Shown here: positions 33,201 through 41,301 of the stretch, piece by piece
How positions within the stretch are numbered: position 1 is the stretch's first letter
Layout of the letters: every line of letters starts with the position of its first letter
Source: Phoronis australis
Lineage: Eukaryota; Animalia; Phoronida
Length of the DNA stretch: 41,301 bases
Assembly (NCBI GenBank): GCA_002633005.1
Contig: NMRA01000500.1
Span: forward strand, 267,248 to 308,548
Reading direction: 5' to 3'
Program-made: the position numbers and the translations under genes
Notes under the pieces: generated by a model
What the model was told of the DNA's origin: nothing
The model's input: the letters and a program-made list of their open reading frames with translations, nothing else
Databases searched by the model: none

Positions 33201-36200
33201 CTTAAGCACACTTAAAATAAACTTTGCAGCTATACTTTCATTTATTTTGCCTGTCCTCGTGCAATTTACATTCAATATGTGTGCACAGCAGAGACTTTAT
33301 GGTTCCGAAACATACATCGATGTACAGCGTATTTTATGATAAAAAAACGTTAAAAGTGTTTGAAAGGCGCTCAAGATTGAGCTTATACTTTTGTCCGCTA
33401 GTCGCGTAATCTGGCATAGGTGTTCTCGTCTTCACAAGCACTACAACACATCAAATGCCGCCATCGTGAGGCGAAACTTTGCGCCTGCAAAGAGGAAGTA
33501 GCACAGACCTTGACCACGTGACGATTCCGTCTGAATCGTGATTTCAAACGCTTGAAAAGTCCTTCGCGTTTTACAATATTTGATTTATCCGTAAAATCAC
33601 CGATAATTTTGTGGGTGTCCTCTGAATTATAAGAAACGGCATCGAGAGAAACATCCACAAACGTCTTGTCGTCTTCTGAAGAAATGCCATCAATTATGTA
33701 TAGCTTGTTGCTAATTTGCAATCTTGTTTTGCTTTTACCGTTGTATTCAGTGTCCATTGAATAATCCCCACCAGCAAAACAAAAATCATACTGAGGCAAC
33801 GTTGCAAAAGGAGACGGTCTGTGGTCCTCTAGGCAAGCATCCTCAGCCTCACCTGGCTCGTTCTTAGCTTGAAGGTATGTGGTATTAATTTCATCATTAC
33901 TGATTACTGACATATCAATATTCGTTGGAAAATGCAACGTCACAAAAGAAATGTGACTGTGAGGCCAGGTGGTGACACTAGAAGGTTTAACATCGTCCAG
34001 TGCCAGTGGCATGTCTTCACGCTCGCTGGGCAGTTCACTGCTCTGAAATTTTATTTTGTCCTTCTCAACAGTTTCATCTATTAACGTGTAGTCTAAAAGA
34101 TTTACAGTATGAGAAGAAATGGCATCTTCGGGCAACTTAGGGAAGCTGTGTAAATTTGCATCTTCTGGGCTTTTACCTTCGACGCTGCCTGATTTTCTGC
34201 ACAAAGTCTCAGATGCGGAGCGTCGTGTATCCTGTGTAAAAGCTTCCCCAATCGCAGAGGAAACTGTAGGCTCGGTCGAATCACTGAAATCTATCTGTGT
34301 GATGTCGTCCAAGTGGCGACTTCTAACGGATATACTTTCAGATGTCAGGACTTTCTCCTTACTATCTTCATTGTCAGCGAAATCAACAATACTTGACGAG
34401 TGTATGACTTCCTGTCGAACACCTTCAACGTAGCCTGGCTTGTTTATGCCTTCCAGTTTACCGGCTTCTTTCTCTCCAGAATCAATCATACATGTAGAGC
34501 TACGGCGGATGATTTCTGAAGCAGCTATTTCAATAGTTGCACCGTAAGGCAACCCATGGATATCACAATCTTCGGCGTCCGCAGGAATTTCCTCAATATT
34601 TCGTATTTCGATGCAATTTTCTTCCTTGGGTGTAATAATAGGGATTTGACTTGCCTGTAACTCTGGCAGCTCAGTCTTTCCATGGACATTCTTCTTCAGC
34701 AATTCATCCTTGTCTGTGGAAATGTGGTAAACTTCCTCAGGAACACTATACTCGGTCGACTTGGTGGCGTCTTCAAAGTGGTGACTTTCAACGCTTTTCC
34801 TTTTAAATTTCAAGACTTTCTTCATACCATCAGGGAAATAAGCGATATCTGACGGTTGCATGACTTCTTTTCGAACATTGTCAACGTCAATCGGTTTGTT
34901 TCTGTCATCTAATTTCGTGATTTCTCCCCCTCTACCATCAGGGTTACAAATTGGCGCTTTTGTTGAATTTGGGAGGTCCGACTTTTGATGGTCACGAGTC
35001 TTCCACATCCCATCTTTCTTTGTAGAAATGGAGCACACTTCCTCCGAAACTGTAGACTCAGATGTCTTAGTAAAATCAGTCAGTGTGGCGTCTTCTAAGT
35101 GGTCATTTTGAACGGGTTTGCTTTCGGATTTAAAGACTTTTTCCTCACTATAAGCCTCATCAGCAAACCCAGTGGTACCTGATGGCTGAGTGACTTCCTG
35201 TTGAACATCTTCGAGGTCGCCTGGTTTGTTTCTGCCGTTCAATTGCATGACTTCTCTCCCTTCAACACCAGGGTCATCAGTAGGATCGTTCTGTTCATTT
35301 GTTAGATCCGTATTTTCATAGACATTCTGTTTTACCTTCTCGTCGTTGTCTGTGGAATCGCGGGACACTTCCTCAGAAGTGCTTCTTTCACATTTTGCGT
35401 CTTCTTTGTTGATGCTTGTCGAGTTTCCAACTTCGCACTCGACTTCACACTCGGTGACATGCCCACCAAGGTCCGTTGATTTGCGGACAGTGTTTGCCTT
35501 TTTGTGGCGTGATGCTATCACAAGAAGACAACACAAATCTGTTACGCACCTGACATAAGATTCCATTAATTTAGTGTCAGCTTCTGCTTTGTGAACAGTT
35601 TTGGACGCGTCAGATGTGTCTCCTGACCACTCGTTATTCACTGCCGTGGTTCCAGAGGCGTTTTTGTTGCCAAAAGACACAATGCGTGGTAATTTCCTCG
35701 TGACAGGGTAAACTTTCTCGGTCGTTCTCAGCATAATTCGCAAAATAAAGTGGATAAACCATAAAATTGTAACTTTTATAAAGTTTCGAATGACACTGTG
35801 AGCCATTCCCGGCTTCATTTTACATAATTTGAAAAATGAATACGTCACGAATAGTTCGACGTCACCAATTGTACACGTCAAATGCCAACAACCAGGAATT
35901 TCAGAAAATATAGACTCGCCCCAAAGTAAGTACGTCCGTTGGCGTATTTTCGGAAAAAATGTAAAAAGTACAACCATGTGCGTATTTTCGATACGGTTAG
36001 CATGTCTTGAAAATCGGACGGACTCGTTTTATCATTCGTATGTAATGTGTTTTGAAGTAAAAACTTATTTTGGCGAGATATTATATTTTGTGTCTCGCGA
36101 TTTCACTCAAATGATTATCATTTATTGAGATATTGTTGATTTTGCTGGTAACTAAGATTATGAAGGACAATTCTAACAAACTTTGTTTGCCTAATGAGAA

Positions 36201-39200
36201 ATAAGTATGGAAGAACAAAATTCTTACCAGTGAGATACAATTACATTCATTAAAAAGAACGTGTTTCTTTAAAAATTCACTAATAAATGTTTGACTCTTT
36301 CGGAAAATATGCCCACCTTCTTTCCAAAAATACGGCTGACTGGCTACATAATCGGTTTCCTTTGACGTTTTCCCATTGTCCTGTTTCCGTACACAGTCTG
36401 ACGATTTTGTTGCGACAGGGTCGGTTTCATATTGCGATTCTATTGAACTAACACGAGTTGGTTTGTAAGGGTGGTGATTTGTCTTGTATGAAGTGCACGT
36501 GCGATATTTTAGAGTGCAAACCACAGTGACCAATTTGCATTATTTTCTCTCCCTCGATATTTTGAAAAATCATTTACAAAAACTCTGCCGAACGTAAATT
36601 TTGCTGGTTTGCCTTAGTTTTCATGGTTCACAAAGCGTCCATGAAGAAAAAGAAAAATACATCGTCTTGTAAGTCTTTATCTGTCCAGGAAAGTTCATAG
36701 TCAAAACAAAGATAACGCTGATCGGGAGCAGCTCACTAGAGTACGAAAGTGTACTATTCCGATGGTGCCCAAGTGCAAAGGCGCACTAGTCCTAAGTTGC
36801 ACTAGTTGGATGGTCTACTAAAAAGGCGGAACTAAGCCATTAAAATGCAATTTTATTTTTGTCGCCATTCTACGTCGTCCATTCCCAAAAGCAGTTATGC
36901 AAAAAATAATTTCGTTGCATACTGTTTCCTCTTCTACATTTACACCTCATTTCCAAAGGCTGTCATGGAGTTCCGTCTGCATAAGACTTGGATGTCACAT
37001 TAAAGTACTGTGCCAGCACAAGTATCTTGCGCGGATGGGTTTGAGCATCACAGCTGCCAATCTACATTATAGGATTTTTAATAGATTATATTCGATTTTG
37101 CAGCAGAATTGAGTCAATACGACGGTTACTGTAAAACGACTCGCCCCGAGACCATAGCAATCAAGTTGTTGCCAATTCACAAACAAGAAGTTTTCCTGCT
37201 CAAACACATCTACAGGAACAAATCTCAAAAGTTATCCCACTCTCGAATTGCCCAAAACCACTTACTTTAAAGGTAATAATGACTTACGGAGAGGTCCCAC
37301 GTTTTGAGAAACATTTTTCTCCACTGAACTAACGGCAAACTGGTTTTCAAAATCCAAGTAAGTGACTATCACCAATTCAAAATTAGGGTTCAACACCTTC
37401 AAATTTGTGACATTCATGGAGTAAAACACACTTATCCCTTCAATTTCACTTGGCTAGTGGGCAAATTAGCAACCAGTCAGAACCAAACTGCAGAGGGGCC
37501 TGAGCTGTAACAACAAGGCTGGCACCAGAGGGATAAACAATGAAACACATGCAATGAATTTCGCTAAATTAAAACGTTCATTTGTATAAGTAGTGCAAAA
37601 CAGTCCATGTATATTATCTGAACAGAAAACTTTAAGGTTATCATCAGTGGGGCCTATTCATCTCAGACGTAAATCAACCTACACATTATTTCAGAGAACA
37701 CCCTGTGAATTGTATTGTTACCTGTTCGCCTTGAGTTTTACTGACGACTCTTTTTTCTTCAAGATCTGTCTTGTTAGCCACGAGAAAAACGGATACGTTT
37801 TTGCCATCTTCAATTTCCTGAAATACAAAATTTTGTAGTTACACGGGCCCGTGCTCTTTTTGGTGTGTGACCATTTTTTCATTGCGTGAAATCCTTACGC
37901 TAGGGGCCACCTTTGACCAATTGTCTTTCCGATTAATATTCATGGCAAAAATCAAAGGTATGTTCAAGATATCCAAAACACTAACGGTAGGCTCCAGGCT
38001 GAAGTCTATTCGGTACAAACTCCAGAAAATTCAGTCGCGCGCCTCCGAGCAGAAAAACATAACATAAGTTTACGCATATGGATGGTTCCGACACTACAAA
38101 TAGACCGTGCGTACTATACCGTAAGCGTAGGAAGCGGGGCGGCAGCCAAATGAACGCCTCCCCCCCACTAAACTGACACGTAGGAAACGATAGGCTTACA
38201 GAGAGGGTACATGCACCCAAGACGTGAGGGTGAAACTTTCGTTGCGACCAGCACAGGCATAGGGCGGGGTGTTGGGTATACGGGGAAAATTCTTTTGTTT
38301 TAAGGATTCCTCTTGGAGGGTTTACGGAAAGCAAACGGGTTGAAAAGGATGTAGCTTGTGACATATTACTTGTTTATTTGGTTGAACTAGGTAATCCAAG
38401 AGAAAAAAATACCAGTTCAGTCATCTTCAGCCAATACGCGATAGAATCAAAACTTCGTTTGTCTGTTATGGCGTATACCATGATGACACCCTGAAAATAG
38501 AGCTTGCGTAAGCAAATCCATACTATTTTAACACGCATGTCCCTTACACTGATATGTTGCGGCTCACTGATTTTCACATTTGATATTCAATTACTCAAAG
38601 TCACCGACCTGCTTATAGAAAAATCGAAACCACTCAAACCTAGTGCAATGGAAACAATTCCATGGCAGGGTCACTAAATTCCAACAACGACCCAGGTCAG
38701 CAGAGACCATACTCGCCATACAAAGACCTGCGCACTGAAACTCCATACACACGCCGAAATTGCTCCACACGTGACGACCAAATTTAGGGTCACGGCAGTC
38801 CGGGGACCTGGAACCCGTCGGTAAATCACGTTGCTGTAAAATTTTGTGAAGTTTTAGATGTATACCGCCATGGATGGACATTTTGTTATGTTTGCTGGAA
38901 CTAGTTAGGCTTTTGCTTTGAATTCGTCACTATTCGTTGTCAGTTTTCTCCGACAATCTTCCTGTGAAGTTACTCGTCGAGAATTTTGAGTGTTGATGAA
39001 GATATTGGCAATACATTTAAGTTCGTCTCTTTAATTCGTCATAGTGTTGCGGACCCTTTAAGACTTTTGAAAAACGGGCTAGCAACGTGTGGACATAGGC
39101 AATTTGGGGCAAAACATGTATGGAATGCAACACAGTCTACAGATACTCATTCGCTTAGTTGGCTGCCAATCAGTTATCTCGTTTTCCAGGTCGCACTGAG

Positions 39201-39429
39201 AAATACTTTGGTGTGACTGGACTCTAAGGAAATACTGTTAGCCCTACTAAATGTCCTGGATCATAAACGGAAAGACTATGTTTTCTATTCGAATGAACAA
39301 ACGGTGAAAATGCAGTCTATTTTTAAAAGAGACATTAGCCAAAAATGAAGGAGTTCGTTACGTTTTACCTGAATGCCTCGAAAGGAAGCGTTTGTAATGC
39401 TTCTATATCGTTCCTGGCCACCAGTGTCC
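30172..39429 (-). CDS. Rab-family small GTPase, copy B, spliced gene (5'-partial: 5 exons in window)
   Basis: Join 39429-39369, 38490-38413, 37817-37722, 31611-31486, 30276-30172; GT-AG, same phases as copy A, no stops or frameshifts. Protein: (W)DTGGQERYRSITNASFRGIQGVIMVYAITDKRSFDSIAYWLKMTELEIEDGKNVSVFLVANKTDLEEKRVVSKTQGEQKVNESPLVHSFLETSVKAKPHAVYRIFEDMARMLVSRHDLERMIFLTQSGDYGTASSTLKLNTKEKKREKRRCCHR. Confidence 0.88.
31052..31108 (-). CDS. Candidate alternative terminal exon of Rab copy B (TYFYEADDERKRTCFGLM*)
   Basis: aaatttgacag| acceptor in phase 0, a basic stretch plus Cys near the end, and downstream sequence resembling that after the main terminal exon. The polypyrimidine tract is weak. 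Confidence 0.3.
   Translation of the reverse strand, partial: TYFYEADDERKRTCFGLM
31447..31473. mobile_element. 27-bp hairpin micro-element with 10-bp perfect TIR and 8-bp TSD GTTTGTAC
   Basis: GTTTGTAC-CATAGACATC-ACATTAA-GATGTCTATG-GTTTGTAC. The paralogous empty site GTTAGTAC is at 12418-12425. Confidence 0.85.
31486..31611 (-). CDS. Rab copy B exon (G5 ETSVK)
   Basis: tatttccag|KVNESPLVHSFLETSVKAKPHAVYRIFEDMARMLVSRHDLER|gtgagt; 126 nt. Confidence 0.9.
32561..32782. mobile_element. Composite TIR element of three ~75-bp tandem subunits (same family as 15103-15179)
   Basis: CATGGGCTGCGC...GCGCCGCCCATG termini; three units of CATG..CACTGAAAAAGTG..CAGCCCCC..TGGTGC(A/G)CCGCC. A fragment of the family also lies at ~1354-1390. 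Confidence 0.8.
33398..35977 (-). CDS. Uncharacterised 859-aa acidic, repeat-containing protein; single ORF nested in an intron of Rab copy B
   Basis: A 2.58-kb stop-free frame in AT-rich DNA cannot plausibly be chance. It has an E/D/S/T/K-rich body, 3-4 diverged internal repeats, a basic/Cys C-terminus and AATAAA (minus strand) at 33246-33241. The true start is uncertain and it could be one large exon. Confidence 0.8.
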   Translation of the reverse strand: MVVLFTFFPKIRQRTYLLWGESIFSEIPGCWHLTCTIGDVELFVTYSFFKLCKMKPGMAHSVIRNFIKVTILWFIHFILRIMLRTTEKVYPVTRKLPRIVSFGNKNASGTTAVNNEWSGDTSDASKTVHKAEADTKLMESYVRCVTDLCCLLVIASRHKKANTVRKSTDLGGHVTECEVECEVGNSTSINKEDAKCERSTSEEVSRDSTDNDEKVKQNVYENTDLTNEQNDPTDDPGVEGREVMQLNGRNKPGDLEDVQQEVTQPSGTTGFADEAYSEEKVFKSESKPVQNDHLEDATLTDFTKTSESTVSEEVCSISTKKDGMWKTRDHQKSDLPNSTKAPICNPDGRGGEITKLDDRNKPIDVDNVRKEVMQPSDIAYFPDGMKKVLKFKRKSVESHHFEDATKSTEYSVPEEVYHISTDKDELLKKNVHGKTELPELQASQIPIITPKEENCIEIRNIEEIPADAEDCDIHGLPYGATIEIAASEIIRRSSTCMIDSGEKEAGKLEGINKPGYVEGVRQEVIHSSSIVDFADNEDSKEKVLTSESISVRSRHLDDITQIDFSDSTEPTVSSAIGEAFTQDTRRSASETLCRKSGSVEGKSPEDANLHSFPKLPEDAISSHTVNLLDYTLIDETVEKDKIKFQSSELPSEREDMPLALDDVKPSSVTTWPHSHISFVTLHFPTNIDMSVISNDEINTTYLQAKNEPGEAEDACLEDHRPSPFATLPQYDFCFAGGDYSMDTEYNGKSKTRLQISNKLYIIDGISSEDDKTFVDVSLDAVSYNSEDTHKIIGDFTDKSNIVKREGLFKRLKSRFRRNRHVVKVCATSSLQAQSFASRWRHLMCCSACEDENTYARLRD
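37722..37817 (-). CDS. Rab copy B exon (G4 NKTD)
   Basis: gtatttcag|EIEDGKNVSVFLVANKTDLEEKRVVSKTQGEQ|gtaaca; 96 nt. Confidence 0.92.
38413..38490 (-). CDS. Rab copy B exon (VYAIT)
   Basis: ctattttcag|GVIMVYAITDKRSFDSIAYWLKMTEL|gtattt; 78 nt. Confidence 0.92.
39369..39429 (-). CDS. Rab copy B exon (G3/switch II, DTGGQ)
   Basis: tctttcag|(W)DTGGQERYRSITNASFRGIQ|gtaaaa; 61 nt. Confidence 0.92.
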
Positions 39430-41301
39430 CTGAAAGATATAGTTTTCAGTAGTCAGATGCTTTTTCGAGAAGAAGTCTATTACGTCAACAATCAACACGC
39501 AAAGAAACAGCAATGGGGGGAAAATGAACTAGGATGAATTATTCGAGGATCCGGCCAAAACCGGTTTCAAATGAACACGCGTGCCCACTCTAAGTACCGC
39601 ATAACCCATGCCAGACAAATTGCACTCTGGAGAGGTTCCACCATAATCTCAGAAAAGACCTTCAAAATTGAGATCGCACAAAAAGACAATTCCATATGAT
39701 ACACTACATGTAACTGACACACAAATAGCATAAGACTGGAAAAAACTAGGCGGGTTGGACGAGGCAGAAGCTACCCCGAATTTTTTAGCTGGATTAGTTA
39801 ATCGAGGATCTGGCCAAAACCGATTCAAAATGGACAATCATGCTCCACAGACCACCAATTGACATATGTTACCGTTTCGAAAAGGTCCGCCGCAGACCGA
39901 AAGGACCTCTCAAAATTGAGCTTGTTCAAACATTAAAGGTACAATAAAAACAACTTCATATGATTCAATAATTACATGTATATGCCACTGGCCTGTGTCA
40001 GGAAACACAACGTTGGGTTGTAAAAGTATGAAGCGCCAAGGAAAGAGTCAACACTTGACTGAATTAGCAGATCTTCATTCAACTTACAAGTGTGGTAGAA
40101 AATCAGTATTCTCATTCACTTTAACTTGGTTGTTCTGTGATGAATGTTTGTTTTGCCATCTGATGATGATTTTAGAAATGAAGCGAAACGTTACGGAGAT
40201 TATAATTATAGCGCTTTTTCTTGGATTTCTAATAACTACGACATGATTGATCACATTTAACTAAAACTTTCAAATAAGACTCGTGCACTGTTCTCCAAAC
40301 CCCTGTAAGGAATGTTTTTTAAAGTGCTCCACTTTTGGGTTTCCAGGCGCTATCAAAAATTAGGAGTTGCTGGTTCAGACTCAAAAGCTTTGTCCCTACA
40401 TAAAACAAAACGGAAAGATAGTAAGATACCGCTTTTGGGCTTTTAACTTCAATATTCATTTCAGAAAAAAATTTGTGATCGAAAAACCCCTCGACCCTCA
40501 CACCCCACGACCCCCTCGACTCACGGGCCACAGCCCCTCGACCCAGTCTACACCAGCTCAACTCTACCTGAACATAGAACAAGAGCTGACTTGCAGGACC
40601 AACAAGTGGGGCCGTGAGCTTGGCAGACTTTTCCCTGTTTTTTGCAATTAAGAGAGCCGATTCGGCAAGTTTAAAAGCCAAAAATAGAAAAAAATCAACG
40701 TGACCAAATCAAATCAACGTCCTACCAACGTTACAAATGTCGTCTCGTCTGCTCTTTTGTGAATGGCAGATCCAAGCTTTTGGGGAGAGGAACCGACGAA
40801 GATGTAATTTCTTTAGTAACTACAGTTTGAAAAACAAACAGTTAACTAAAAGTATCTCAACGTTACATGAAGTATATTGTGACCGAGTATTCACCTCTTT
40901 CACGAACGCGGGGCGCTGCTGTCGTGTTGATCGAAAACGAGGCGCCTTGACAAACGCATCGTCCTGCAAGGTGTTGTGGTCAAAGGACTTATCAACGTTA
41001 CCAAAAATCAAGTTGTCTGATGTTGAATCGATCTCCAAAAAATCCAATACTTACGGCAACTAGACTTTTACCCTCCTCAGCCATTCCTTAGTAGTTTTCC
41101 CTCTTTTGAAAAAGTGTGGAAGTCAGGGATATACCCAGGCTTTTAGTCTTGAAAAACCCTGCTCGCCAGCTGGGCGAGTGCCGGAGCCAGAAAATCTACT
41201 CGCCAAGCCCGAAGTTCGGTCACCCGGCCGTTGGCGCCAGTCACCACAAACTTGCTGCTAATTTAAATAAAAATCATCGTTTCGTGCACTGATGTCACCA
41301 T

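Noticed and set aside
36081-36533. 150-aa ORF as an upstream exon of the 859-aa gene
   Set aside because: Has a good donor (CTG|gtaaga near 36227) but a TTG start just after a stop, and its phase does not match the nearest acceptor (~36005); unresolved without RNA data.
39430-41301. Missing 5' exons of Rab copy B
   Set aside because: No P-loop or LQIW exon found here; colinearity with copy A predicts they lie beyond the window, so copy B is not called a pseudogene.

Overview
AT-rich, repeat-dense animal genomic DNA (probably a marine invertebrate; the taxon cannot be determined from the sequence), with one 16-N assembly gap. The main content, largely missed by the ORF track, is a tandem pair of spliced, minus-strand, divergent Rab-family GTPase genes. 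Copy A (about 10589-22560) has 8 coding exons, all introns GT-AG, and gives 220 aa ending in CCHT. Copy B (30172-39429 in the window) shows 5 exons ending in CCHR; its 5' exons lie beyond the window. Both carry unusual nucleotide-binding motifs (DTGGH or DTGGQ in G3; ETSIK or ETSVK in G5) and differ strongly in switch II. One intron of copy B holds a ~5.1-kb block absent from copy A, containing an intact, same-strand 859-codon orphan ORF with internal repeats. Copy B also has a candidate alternative C-terminal exon. Comparing the paralogues reveals filled and empty sites for short TIR elements with 5-bp TSDs and for 24-28-bp hairpin insertions with 7-8-bp TSDs. Also present are a solo-LTR-like element with a perfect heat-shock element, a TTAA-flanked TIR element, a 20-bp minisatellite and older local duplications. 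All alignments were done by eye and no database searches were run.
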